IMG/VR virus record: IMGVR_UViG_3300011339_001338
Coordinates: 1-55,002 of that record
From: a virus
Taxonomy: Duplodnaviria > Caudoviricetes
Strand: one strand, 5' to 3'
Length of the DNA stretch: 55,002 bases
Shown here: positions 28,883 to 38,553 of the stretch, piece by piece
Numbering within the stretch: position 1 is the first letter of the stretch
Layout: each line of letters starts with the position of its first letter
The notes under the pieces: model-generated
What the model was told of the DNA's origin: nothing
Databases searched by the model: none
What the model saw: the letters and a program-made list of their open reading frames with translations, nothing else
Made by a program: the position numbers and the translations under genes

Positions 28883-31654
28883 CTCTTCCCATCCTTGTTC
28901 TGCAAGTTCATAGATATACTCAGGGTCAATACCTCTTTTTTCCCAATAAACTCTTTCTTGTTCCGTAATAGTTAAAAGGTCATTAATACTATCTTGGTCT
29001 CCTTCTTCGAATGGAACTCCGTTGATTAACTTACATTGTTCTTTAGTAAAAATTCCTCTATCTTCAGGATTTACTACAAGTAAATTATTCCTAACCTCTT
29101 CACCAAATACAATCAAAAGTGGTTCGATTCTTTTGTTAAATGTGACAATTGCTCTTGCAACATTATATTCACCAGTCATATCGGGGTTTGATTCTAACTC
29201 AGAGGGATTTAATCTATAACAATTAAGTTGGATGTGTGAACCAAGTACGGGGTCTTTTCCGTGTAACAATTTGTATTGGTCTTTTTCTTTCTTGGTCATC
29301 TTCTCATTAACCTTCTGAACATCTCCGTGAGAAGCCTTTAATCCATTGTTAACATAGAAAATTACATCACCCAAATTTACAGCAATTCCATCACGAATCG
29401 CAAGTTCCATATGAGCCATTCTTGAATTCTCATTACCGGCCTTTGTTTTTTGTTTAGACCTTTTAATGTAATCGTCAATAGATAATTTAACCTTAGCTCT
29501 TTGAGCCACCTTCATAAGAGGGATTTGTTTATTATAAATCTTTTCCAAATATTCATAATACCACTCAACAAAACCTTGTCCGTTACCCTCGAGTAACTGT
29601 TTAATTCCTTTATCCAAAAAGTCCTCAATATAAAGTGGAAGTTTCTTACTCTTAATAGAATTACCCGTAAGTTTAATCTTACCATTATGTTCCATTGTTG
29701 CATAGTTCTTACGAGCAATATTCATACAGGATTTCCAAGTTCCATCACAATCGAGACCCATCGCACCTTTCATAAACATATCGTTAAACTCAGCAACATC
29801 GGCGTCATATCCTGTGTATTCCTTACCTTCTTTTACGAGCCAGTTATTACCCTTACCAATATATTTTCTATCATCAACTCCTCCTTCAGGAAGTGAGAAG
29901 TTCATACCGTCAGTGTCACATACAAGTGGAGTATAACCCCTTTTCATAAAGAATCTTAACATCTGACGGAGATACTGTCGACCAGTACAAGTAATCTGTT
30001 CGCCCATATACATATCACCCCAGTGGTATACCTGAGGAGCAGATAGGGCTCCGAACATCGAATTGATGAATATCTTAATTGGAAGTTGCTTTCTATCGAA
30101 TGACAATGATTGTTTCTTATCGATGGATGCATATTCCTTTGCAAGGTTCTTATACTTGATACGAGTATTACGGAAATAGTTTAACATTCCCTTCATCGCT
30201 CCTGTAATATCACAAGTTGGAAATACATCGTGAACAAGTTGTATGGATGGATAAAGTGAAGAGAAGTCAAGTTTCAATACATCCGTAGAATATCCTACTT
30301 TCAGTAATCGTGACAACCCTCCCACAAATTCTGTCTTTTCATTTTTGGCAGGAATTGCAAGTTTGTGTTTATAAGACCACGCTCTCATTTGGATTTCCCA
30401 TAGAGTTGCGGTTCCCATTGTTGAAACACGCTCGTAAGTTGTTGGGACAAGTGATGCAAGAAGGAATGAACCCTGATTAAACTCCTCATCCACTTTTAGT
30501 GTTTCTTCCAAGTCATCATCCAAGTATCTCTCAACCAAATTATCCCCTGTTGTTTTAATATAGATGCCAGAATGTTTTGAACACGCTTCATCTACTTTAG
30601 GGTCAACTCCAACTTTTTTATATTTTCCGTTTTCAATATTTAGCCAGTATTCTTCTTTTTTAGCATAAAACGGACCAATATCTGTGTGGTCAATATAAAC
30701 TCGGTCAGCGGCTTCTGCAGAAATGTATTGAGTTATATATTTCAAACCTGCGGATTTAATGTTTGAGTTAATTGCCTGAGCTCTTCTTACCGCATGTAAA
30801 GTATCCACCACATTATATCCCCACATCGAAGTTTGATTAAATCTCTCCACTTCATTTGCGAGTTTAAGCATCGACTCAGACTGTTTAATTGGGTTTGAGG
30901 AGTTTAAAGTCTTTGCGACTTTTTTAATATCTAACTTTAACGCTTTTGCTCTTTCAAATATCCAGTGCCAGTCGAAGTTGAACCCGTTATAAGATGCAAT
31001 AATACTTGGTTTAATTTCATCTATTGTGTTGAAGAATTTTACAATACCTTCTCTTTCTTGTTCGGGTGTTGAACATTCTATAACCTCACTAAAACCTTTA
31101 TTGGTTTTCATTCCTATCATAAAGATACGACCGTCTTTTGGTTCGAGTGCGGTCGTTTCTAAGTCAAATACAAATCTTGTGATACTGTCGTATTCGTCAA
31201 AACCTTTAAACATTCGTTTCTCTTTAACAACAAGAAACTGCTCAACAGGTGGAAGTATTAATACCAACCCTCTTGTTGTTTCACCCCACGGTTCAATTCC
31301 TCCCTCTCTGAAAAACTGAATAAGAGAACGATACCCATTAAGGGATTTAACCATATAGGTTAGACCTTTTTCGAGCCTTTCGTTTCCGTCAGTTCGGAGT
31401 TTTTCAATAATAATTTTGTGTTTTGTCATTGCCTCTTTTTGGAGGGCCTTTGACGACTGATAGAAGTTTAATCCACGCAAATCACCTACCCATGCAAATG
31501 GAATGAAGGTGTCTTTTTTAATTTGTTTTCCGTGAATTGGATGTTCTATGATTTTCCAAATACAATCTTTAACATAATCGTATTCTACTCCGATGATATA
31601 TTTTTCATCGTCGTTCCCCTGAAGGAACTGTTCAATCTCTTCGTTTGATATCAT
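28874..31654 (-). CDS. DNA polymerase family B with 3'-5' exonuclease
   Basis: FDLETT (ExoI), YNGFNFDW (ExoII), DFSSLYPSI (A), KIFINSMFG (B) and CDTDG (C). Confidence 0.96.
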   Translation of the reverse strand: MISNEEIEQFLQGNDDEKYIIGVEYDYVKDCIWKIIEHPIHGKQIKKDTFIPFAWVGDLRGLNFYQSSKALQKEAMTKHKIIIEKLRTDGNERLEKGLTYMVKSLNGYRSLIQFFREGGIEPWGETTRGLVLILPPVEQFLVVKEKRMFKGFDEYDSITRFVFDLETTALEPKDGRIFMIGMKTNKGFSEVIECSTPEQEREGIVKFFNTIDEIKPSIIASYNGFNFDWHWIFERAKALKLDIKKVAKTLNSSNPIKQSESMLKLANEVERFNQTSMWGYNVVDTLHAVRRAQAINSNIKSAGLKYITQYISAEAADRVYIDHTDIGPFYAKKEEYWLNIENGKYKKVGVDPKVDEACSKHSGIYIKTTGDNLVERYLDDDLEETLKVDEEFNQGSFLLASLVPTTYERVSTMGTATLWEIQMRAWSYKHKLAIPAKNEKTEFVGGLSRLLKVGYSTDVLKLDFSSLYPSIQLVHDVFPTCDITGAMKGMLNYFRNTRIKYKNLAKEYASIDKKQSLSFDRKQLPIKIFINSMFGALSAPQVYHWGDMYMGEQITCTGRQYLRQMLRFFMKRGYTPLVCDTDGMNFSLPEGGVDDRKYIGKGNNWLVKEGKEYTGYDADVAEFNDMFMKGAMGLDCDGTWKSCMNIARKNYATMEHNGKIKLTGNSIKSKKLPLYIEDFLDKGIKQLLEGNGQGFVEWYYEYLEKIYNKQIPLMKVAQRAKVKLSIDDYIKRSKQKTKAGNENSRMAHMELAIRDGIAVNLGDVIFYVNNGLKASHGDVQKVNEKMTKKEKDQYKLLHGKDPVLGSHIQLNCYRLNPSELESNPDMTGEYNVARAIVTFNKRIEPLLIVFGEEVRNNLLVVNPEDRGIFTKEQCKLINGVPFEEGDQDSINDLLTITEQERVYWEKRGIDPEYIYELAEQGWEELV

Positions 31655-31714
31655 TATACTTAAATTTTTGGTGTATTAGCTGCCGAATAAAATCGACATT
31701 GACCTTTTTTGATA

Positions 31715-31744
31715 AGTATAATTATTTAAGATGGAAAAATCAAA
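31715..31744 (-). promoter_or_regulatory. Host-type promoter upstream of DNA polymerase
   Basis: Minus strand (T)TTGATT-17 nt-TATACT; same spacing as the SSB promoter. Confidence 0.55.
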
Positions 31745-31750
31745 CTCAGA

Positions 31751-33829
31751 TTAAGTACAAATTCTATAAATTCTTTCCGTGTATGGCTCAAAATTCAACA
31801 ATATCTCAGCATTGTTTGGCTCGTATATAATATTACCGTTAGTAAATCCTGGGTAAGTGTTAATTGTTGATAATCCTTCATCTGTTAATGTCCCTATATC
31901 AATTTTTATTAAACCAAAAACATTACCATTAACATTAAGTATATAAAGTTTATTATTAGCTTCATCTATTACCATACTTGTATTTGTTCCACTATAAGGT
32001 GTTAGGTCGACATATGAAATTGCCGAGCCCGGATTATTGTAAACAAACAACCTTCCACCGTCAACCAACAAATACATATATAAGTTAGTTATATCATATA
32101 ATAATTTTTTTCCAAATCCGTTATATCCGCCCGAAGGAACAGTATCTGTACCAACTATATTCTTAGTAGATGGGTCAACATAGAATATAGTATCTCCTGT
32201 GGAAACAACCCAAAATGCGTTATTGAGTCTCGACCATGCAATATCGCCATTTGTAGTGGCGGTTACATCTATTGTGGCGTCTATTAATTGAGTTGAAATA
32301 TTAATTTGTAAATAATCACTAATGTCGGTCAATATACCAAGATATGTATACAATCTATCTACCGCAATTTCAGTAATTGAAATTCCTGCATTGATTGTTG
32401 ACGCTGTCAAATCTGTTAAATTATACAAGTCAACTGATTTACTTGACGAATCACTACCCACATATAAGAGTTCACTAACACCATCATTTGCAAATGTTAA
32501 ACTAGCATAAGTTGCGGGTCCTCCGGACAATGAATTAGGTAAAGTTTCAATATACGAATATGAAGTGTCATAAACTTCAGTATCTCCAGTAGTTACGACA
32601 TATAATAAACCTGTGTTGGCATTGTAATCAAATCTATATACCTTATCTGTAGTATTAAAATACCCGACTTGATAAGGACAAGAAGGTGTTGCACCTGATG
32701 TTGGAGTAGGAGTAGGAGTTGCGGTATTTGTTGGAGTAGGGGTCGGAGTTTCTGATTCAGTTGGTGTTGGGGTATTAGTTGGTGTTTCTGTTGGGGTTGA
32801 TGTAATAGTTTCTGTTGGGGTGTTTGTGGGTGTTTCAGTTAAAGAAGGAGTTAGTGTTACCGTTCCTGATGGAGTATTAGTCGGGGTTTCGCTCGGTGTG
32901 TTGGTAGGGGTCTCAGTATTTGTTGGAGTTACTGTAGGTGTTGGAGTTTCGGTTGTTGTTGGGGTAACACTAGGTGTTACACTACTTGTAGGGGTTTGAG
33001 TGTTGGTTGTCGTAATTGATGGTGTTGGTGTTGTGGTAACAGTAGATGTAGGAGTGTTAGTTGGAGTTAATGAAGGAGGCGGAGTACTAAAAATTATATC
33101 ACTCTCAAAATTTAATATTATGTTTGGAATAGTATTAATTAATTCAACATTACTTAATAAACTTGACTGAGTTAAATTGTCATAATTATAGTCGGAAAAT
33201 ACTATTTGTGTTGTTCCCCTAGTCTCACCTGAGTTTATTGTTACACCTGTCACAATTTCTATGGTAGTTCCCGTAATTACTTCTAAAACATTTGTAAAAT
33301 CGACTCTAATATCTTTGTTGTAACTTTGAGAGCTTGTTAATATATAATCAATGATTAATGAACCTGAGTAATAATACGCCTCTAAAGTTAAACCTCCGAT
33401 ATTGAATGTTTGTTGGAACCCGCAACAAGGCAAATTCAATGAATATACATCCAAGAATGAACTATTATCCGTACTAAATGAATCTAAAATATTGACATAA
33501 AATTTTTCTTGGAGGGGTAGTATAACAACACCGTTTTCAGAAGGTACTGAAATCTGAACTTCATATCTACCAGACTTTATTGTATCTTTATTTGTGAATT
33601 GATAATTTAAATAGTATAAAGTTTTATCATCAAATGGAGATGTTTCAGTTGTAATATAACATTCCTTTGACGCAAATAAAATCTTATCAATTGTTTTATC
33701 GTATAATGAAATATAGAATGAGTAATTTGAATCTAAAAACGAATTCAAATTAAAATCACTTCTCCCATCTTTACATATCTCAACCTTTAGAATAGGAAGA
33801 GTGGCATTTTTTTTAATATAAAATTCCAT
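31751..33829 (-). CDS. Modular virion-type protein: BppU-like N-domain, Ig-like domain, Thr/Pro mucin-like stalk, beta-propeller-like head
   Basis: 692 aa with [21 protein letters not shown], an approximately 135 aa TPT tract, and repeated LY/VYD blades. Confidence 0.6.
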   Translation of the reverse strand: MEFYIKKNATLPILKVEICKDGRSDFNLNSFLDSNYSFYISLYDKTIDKILFASKECYITTETSPFDDKTLYYLNYQFTNKDTIKSGRYEVQISVPSENGVVILPLQEKFYVNILDSFSTDNSSFLDVYSLNLPCCGFQQTFNIGGLTLEAYYYSGSLIIDYILTSSQSYNKDIRVDFTNVLEVITGTTIEIVTGVTINSGETRGTTQIVFSDYNYDNLTQSSLLSNVELINTIPNIILNFESDIIFSTPPPSLTPTNTPTSTVTTTPTPSITTTNTQTPTSSVTPSVTPTTTETPTPTVTPTNTETPTNTPSETPTNTPSGTVTLTPSLTETPTNTPTETITSTPTETPTNTPTPTESETPTPTPTNTATPTPTPTSGATPSCPYQVGYFNTTDKVYRFDYNANTGLLYVVTTGDTEVYDTSYSYIETLPNSLSGGPATYASLTFANDGVSELLYVGSDSSSKSVDLYNLTDLTASTINAGISITEIAVDRLYTYLGILTDISDYLQINISTQLIDATIDVTATTNGDIAWSRLNNAFWVVSTGDTIFYVDPSTKNIVGTDTVPSGGYNGFGKKLLYDITNLYMYLLVDGGRLFVYNNPGSAISYVDLTPYSGTNTSMVIDEANNKLYILNVNGNVFGLIKIDIGTLTDEGLSTINTYPGFTNGNIIYEPNNAEILLNFEPYTERIYRICT
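32677..33088 (-). repeat. Mucin-like Thr/Pro/Ser coding repeat tract
   Basis: [17 protein letters not shown]...ETPTNTP repeats with degenerate third codon positions. Confidence 0.9.
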
Positions 33830-34197
33830 TATCCTCTTATAAAGTTTTCAATAATGTTTATATAAAGTTTTTCTTTAATTGGAAGAATTAAAGTTCCGTC
33901 ATCATTTATAAATAAAAACTCCCCTTCATACCTACCAACTCTATTAGTGTCTAAAGTGCCGAATTTATAATAAATATAATATTCGGTCTTACTATTTGGT
34001 TCAATAAAAACTTTATTAGTAAAACCTGCTTTTTTATTTAAAATTTTGTAATTACCGTCTATTACATTTTTCATAGAAAAAAAAATGGAAGAATTCTCAA
34101 TTATTGAGTTAAAGTCTTCCATTGAAGATTTTCCATTAAAATCTAATTCCATTTTAAGAATAGGTAGTGTTGAATTTTGTCCGATAAAAAATTCCAT
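33829..34197 (-). CDS. Stand-alone BppU-like domain protein, paralog of the downstream gene's N-terminus
   Basis: [18 protein letters not shown]...[19 protein letters not shown]...[13 protein letters not shown] aligns by eye with [18 protein letters not shown]...[13 protein letters not shown]. Confidence 0.65.
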   Translation of the reverse strand: MEFFIGQNSTLPILKMELDFNGKSSMEDFNSIIENSSIFFSMKNVIDGNYKILNKKAGFTNKVFIEPNSKTEYYIYYKFGTLDTNRVGRYEGEFLFINDDGTLILPIKEKLYINIIENFIRG

Positions 34198-34200
34198 ACC

Positions 34201-34208
34201 TATAAATA
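34201..34208 (-). promoter_or_regulatory. TATTTATA putative late promoter motif
   Basis: Ends 3 nt before ATG 34197. Confidence 0.55.
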
Positions 34209-34213
34209 TGGAA

Positions 34214-35890
34214 TCAACACTCTTTTCTTAAAGAAGCATCATAATGTTCAAACCTATCGTGTTCTGTTGGGGTCATTAGAAGGATTCCTGGTTTTAAATT
34301 TCCTTTAATTGTCTCTTGAAAATTATGTGACATTATAGTCTGCTCAAATGGAGATGCGTATTTGGTTTCTAAATAACATTTATAGTTACCTGATTTAGAA
34401 AATAATACAGGCCAATTACACAAGTATATTTCACCGGTTGCATATGGAACACCTTTATATGATTTAATATTTTTAAAATTTGTTCTCGGAGCTTCAGGGT
34501 CCAATCCTTGGGACGGTAGATTTGGTTTTTCGGGCCAATGAGATTCCCTAAAAACCTGAGGTACATTATACCAACTCCATTGTGTAGAGTTATCTCCATA
34601 GAATTCTGTAAAATTCATTTTTAAAAACCCAAAATCTTCTTTTTTCGAAATGTCTAATACCTTATTATACAGATTATCAATTTTTCTATTAAACCCATTC
34701 TTACAAGTTTTTTCAGGTCCATTATAAAAAAACATATCATCCTCAAAAAAGAAATAATAATCTAATCCTGTGGTATCAAAATGTTCGGCAATAAACTGTC
34801 TACCACCAGTTATACCCAAGTTTTTTTCAGGCCAAATAATTTCAAAATTATTATCCTCTGCAATTTTTTTATAATCATCATCAGTTGTTCTATCAGTCGA
34901 GTTATTCAAAATAAACTTTTTTGGTTTATCCAAAAAATTAACATCATATTCCTGTATAGATTTAACAAGAGTCCTCAATTGATTCGGACTATTAAATGTT
35001 ATCACATAAAGAGCTGTCTTATCAACATCTAAGGAATTTTCTGATTTAGTATTTCTTACTGTTTTAGAAACCAAATTATCATTTTTACAATCCTCAAAAA
35101 ATTTACCAATTAATCCGTTATTTTCAATTTCAAAATATTGAATTAAATCGGAATGCTTATAAGTCATAATTGTGAACACGGATTCTTCCGTACCCATGTA
35201 TCCGTTGTTTAATGTGTCTAATAATAATCCATAATATATTGAATTAGCTTCACTTATTGTATCTTTAGGTCCACCAAAAAAACCACCCCTACAAACCATG
35301 TTAACTTCAGAATTCGAGTATTCACACATTTTTTTATATTCAAATCCATGTATTTCGACTTTACCATCATAAGGAAATGAAATAAAAGAAAATTTATTAA
35401 ATTTATCTTTTATTTTAGATAAAACCATATCATGAGTAAAGTAGCCAATATGTACTGTGTTTGAAATACCCCCATCAATCCATATCAAATGTGTTGAGTT
35501 AAATTTGTCCAAAATTTTTGCATCGTGTAATAAAAACATTTTTGACATTACCAGTGGATTGTACATTTCTAATTTAGATTGTGTTGAATCAACTAACCAT
35601 CCCGATTGATTATACCATTCGGGTTTATTTCTAATAGTTTGAATCAAATCAAAGTAATTATTTTGTTTAAACCAGCTTAAATCTCTTCTTATAAACTGAG
35701 TATTTTTTTCATTTCTATATTTTTTTACATATTCCTCAAGTTCAGAATCTCCAAAAATTATTAAGTCATTGTCCACCCCTAAAAGTTCCGAAAATTTATC
35801 CAAATAATGTTGAAAACTTCTTGACCAACCTTCTTGTAGGGAATCCCTCCCAATGTTCCATAAACCAGTTACTAAAGTTATTGAATTCAT
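34214..35890 (-). CDS. Two-domain glycosyltransferase-like protein: HtrL/YibB-like plus GT2-like (GT-A)
   Basis: N-domain TLVTGLWNIGR...RSFQHYL...SKMFLL...WIDGG...GGFFGG...TEE. C-domain LYVITFNS...ILNNST...NLGITGGR...YFFFEDD. Confidence 0.65.
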   Translation of the reverse strand: MNSITLVTGLWNIGRDSLQEGWSRSFQHYLDKFSELLGVDNDLIIFGDSELEEYVKKYRNEKNTQFIRRDLSWFKQNNYFDLIQTIRNKPEWYNQSGWLVDSTQSKLEMYNPLVMSKMFLLHDAKILDKFNSTHLIWIDGGISNTVHIGYFTHDMVLSKIKDKFNKFSFISFPYDGKVEIHGFEYKKMCEYSNSEVNMVCRGGFFGGPKDTISEANSIYYGLLLDTLNNGYMGTEESVFTIMTYKHSDLIQYFEIENNGLIGKFFEDCKNDNLVSKTVRNTKSENSLDVDKTALYVITFNSPNQLRTLVKSIQEYDVNFLDKPKKFILNNSTDRTTDDDYKKIAEDNNFEIIWPEKNLGITGGRQFIAEHFDTTGLDYYFFFEDDMFFYNGPEKTCKNGFNRKIDNLYNKVLDISKKEDFGFLKMNFTEFYGDNSTQWSWYNVPQVFRESHWPEKPNLPSQGLDPEAPRTNFKNIKSYKGVPYATGEIYLCNWPVLFSKSGNYKCYLETKYASPFEQTIMSHNFQETIKGNLKPGILLMTPTEHDRFEHYDASLRKEC

Positions 35891-35906
35891 TTTGTAGTAA
35901 TTTTAT

Positions 35907-36839
35907 TTAATTTAATATTTCGAGATTATCTAAAAAAGAATACAAGATATCAAATTGACTATTTGGTGTGCAGTTTTTAACAAACCACTCATAAGATTTT
36001 TCAGTCATTTCATTATATTCTTTTGTTTTGTAAAAATCATTAATAAATTTAATTTTTTCGTGAATGATTTCATCAATAGGTTGATTATTCCAAATTTTTG
36101 ACACAATTTCATCATCTATAAATTTAAAATAATGTTCATTCTCAATCAAAGGGTTGTAAAAGTTACAAATCAAATTTTCCCTCAAGTTGACGACCCCAAG
36201 TCCAAACAATTCCAAATCTCTATAGCAAATATTGGCAGCACCATTTAAACTTAAACCAAATTTGCAGTCCGAGAGTTCCTCATAATATTTTTGTTTTTCT
36301 TTAAATTCCTGTCTTTTGGAGTAAATTTCAAACTCATTGTAAGTCTTCAATTTATTCATAATGTTTTCTCTGATTCCGTGGCTCAAACCCGCAAAGTATA
36401 TTTTTTCATTATTTTTTTCAACTTTTTTAAGTTGTGAAATTACGTCATGGTCTGACCAATTTTCTAAATAATATATTGAAGGTTGTGTAAATTCATATTT
36501 CGCAACGTAATCATTTGATAAATTTGATACTGCAGAAAATTTTACAACGTTTAAATTATTTTTTACACAGTACTCAATTGTTGCATTTGCATAGTCGTAC
36601 CAACAATGAATAAACATTTTTTCATTTTTTTTATTCATTATTATAAGATTAAACCAATTAAATGGTGAATCTGAATGATTATTATAGGGGTGACCCAATT
36701 TTTCTGATAAATCAGAAATTGACATGTATTCAAATTTAATTTTTGTTTTTTCCTCTATTTTATAGTGAAAAAATTTATAAAATTCGCTTACATACCAGTT
36801 TTGGTATCCAAAATCATAAGAAATTATATATTCAGACAT
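35907..36839 (-). CDS. Putative GT-B-fold glycosyltransferase
   Basis: IYFAG...R...YYEELSDCKFGLSLNGAANICYRDLELFGLG...PLIENEHY resembles the exostosin/GT1-type C-terminal domain. Confidence 0.55.
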   Translation of the reverse strand: MSEYIISYDFGYQNWYVSEFYKFFHYKIEEKTKIKFEYMSISDLSEKLGHPYNNHSDSPFNWFNLIIMNKKNEKMFIHCWYDYANATIEYCVKNNLNVVKFSAVSNLSNDYVAKYEFTQPSIYYLENWSDHDVISQLKKVEKNNEKIYFAGLSHGIRENIMNKLKTYNEFEIYSKRQEFKEKQKYYEELSDCKFGLSLNGAANICYRDLELFGLGVVNLRENLICNFYNPLIENEHYFKFIDDEIVSKIWNNQPIDEIIHEKIKFINDFYKTKEYNEMTEKSYEWFVKNCTPNSQFDILYSFLDNLEILN

Positions 36840-36859
36840 TCAAAAACACGCTTGAACCT

Positions 36860-37555
36860 TTATTTTTTTATTTTGCAAACCCAAACGACATTTCTAAATT
36901 CCTCCTCAAATAAAGGAATTAAATTATATTTTTTACATGATTCATCAATATCATTATCCTGTATTTCAAGCCAATTCCATATTTTGTTTTCAACTTGATT
37001 TTGAAAATATTGACTGTTTGGGGCATAATCGTGAGCCATGATTACATCACCAATTTTTAGTAAAGGGGAAATGAGATTAAATTCATTTTTTTTATTTCCT
37101 CCATCACATAAGACTAATGTAACACCTTCCCCATTTATAATATTATATAATTCCATTTTTGAGTTTTCATCGGCAAAGTCACCATAGTCGTATGAAAATA
37201 AATTTATTACTCTAGCATCTATATTTATATTAGAAATACGCTGCAAAAGATAGTGAGGAGTTTGTACGTCATAAGTTATAACCTCACTTTCTCCAAGATT
37301 ATTTATATCTAATAAATCTCTCATAATTAAAGTTAAACCTCCGGCAAAGGTACCAATTTCTAAAATTCTTGAGGGTCTAATTTCTTTTATCAGTTTATTA
37401 AATTCATCAATTATATTTGGATTTTGCTCAATTGAAATTCCTTTATAACTAGCATGTGTGACATTACCTTTTGATAAATTTTTGTTGAAGAAGTCATTTT
37501 TATAACAGTCTTCACCTGAACAGCTTAAATTATTTTTTACAATATCAATATTCAT
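36860..37555 (-). CDS. SAM-dependent methyltransferase (CmcI/sugar O-methyltransferase-like)
   Basis: PSRILEIGTFAGG, ITYD, LCDGG and GDVIMAHDY. Confidence 0.75.
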   Translation of the reverse strand: MNIDIVKNNLSCSGEDCYKNDFFNKNLSKGNVTHASYKGISIEQNPNIIDEFNKLIKEIRPSRILEIGTFAGGLTLIMRDLLDINNLGESEVITYDVQTPHYLLQRISNINIDARVINLFSYDYGDFADENSKMELYNIINGEGVTLVLCDGGNKKNEFNLISPLLKIGDVIMAHDYAPNSQYFQNQVENKIWNWLEIQDNDIDESCKKYNLIPLFEEEFRNVVWVCKIKK

Positions 37556-38553
37556 TATTTTATTTTTTCTAAATTTATTTTTTTAAAAGTATGTTCTAAA
37601 CTATTACTTAAAATCGAATTTCTCATAAACCACTCTCGAGCATTTTTACTTACAAATTTCAAATATTCTTTATTGTATTTTACCTTATCCCAAGTTCTAA
37701 TTAAATTTTTCTTAAAATCTTCATATGATATGTAATTAGGATATCCACCATCAGAATAGTCACAATAATGGTAACAATTAATATAATGGTAATTAGGAAT
37801 TAATGGTTCAGGATAAGAAGTTTGGATGAGGGGTCTAATCACAGGTACACCAATACCAAAACATTCAATATCTCTATTACAAATCTCGGTCCCTCCGGGT
37901 AAACTCAAAGCACAAGAATAATTTGATAACTCCTCTAAATACTCGTTGTAGAGTAAATTTTGGTTATTATAATTTTTATCTATGATGACAATATCTTCCC
38001 TATTGATGTTTTCTACCATTTCTTTTCTAAAATCCCACAAATACCCTCTAAAAAATAATGAATTTATTTTTTCATTATTTTCTCTGTTATCATATATTTC
38101 TGTCATTTTATCATAACAACAATCAAAATAAGGACCGTAAAAAAATTGTTGGTAAACATCCTCAATGTTGTCGGGAAACTCTAAGTCTAAATTTGCTTTA
38201 CCTGTATTAACATATGAAAAGTAGTCAAAAAAATTGAACCCTCCGCAATAAAAAAACTGAGCCATTTTTTTTGGTCGCCACCCCAAATGAGTCATAAAAT
38301 GGTATTTATAATTATCAAAAAAAGATAATAAAATATATTTGTTGTTTTCAGGATTTAGTATGGACAGGCTCATGCAACTATGAATTCCCCCCTGACCAAA
38401 TTTTTCATAAGATTTGTCTACTTCAATATCAAAAGTATGTTCAGGATAGGACTCAATTAATTTTTGTCTAAGATTATTAAAAAAACTTGTCACATAAAAT
38501 TTATAACCATCAAGCACAATATCTCTGAATTCGTGTCTTAATATGAATCTCAT
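37555..38553 (-). CDS. Putative GT-B-fold glycosyltransferase (paralog of 35907-36839)
   Basis: LFFRG...R...YLEELSNYSCALSLPGGTEICNRDIECFGIGVPVI...PLIPNYHY...AREWF. Confidence 0.55.
   Translation of the reverse strand: MRFILRHEFRDIVLDGYKFYVTSFFNNLRQKLIESYPEHTFDIEVDKSYEKFGQGGIHSCMSLSILNPENNKYILLSFFDNYKYHFMTHLGWRPKKMAQFFYCGGFNFFDYFSYVNTGKANLDLEFPDNIEDVYQQFFYGPYFDCCYDKMTEIYDNRENNEKINSLFFRGYLWDFRKEMVENINREDIVIIDKNYNNQNLLYNEYLEELSNYSCALSLPGGTEICNRDIECFGIGVPVIRPLIQTSYPEPLIPNYHYINCYHYCDYSDGGYPNYISYEDFKKNLIRTWDKVKYNKEYLKFVSKNAREWFMRNSILSNSLEHTFKKINLEKIK

Noticed and set aside
28874-31654. Intein or intron in the DNA polymerase
   Set aside because: The ORF is continuous, motif spacing is ordinary, and no intein splice motifs or homing endonuclease were seen.
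32677-33088. GTTGG/GGAGT-rich repeats as a CRISPR array or DGR repeat
   Set aside because: They are in-frame Thr/Pro codon repeats with no constant repeat-spacer structure, and no cas or reverse transcriptase gene is present in the window.
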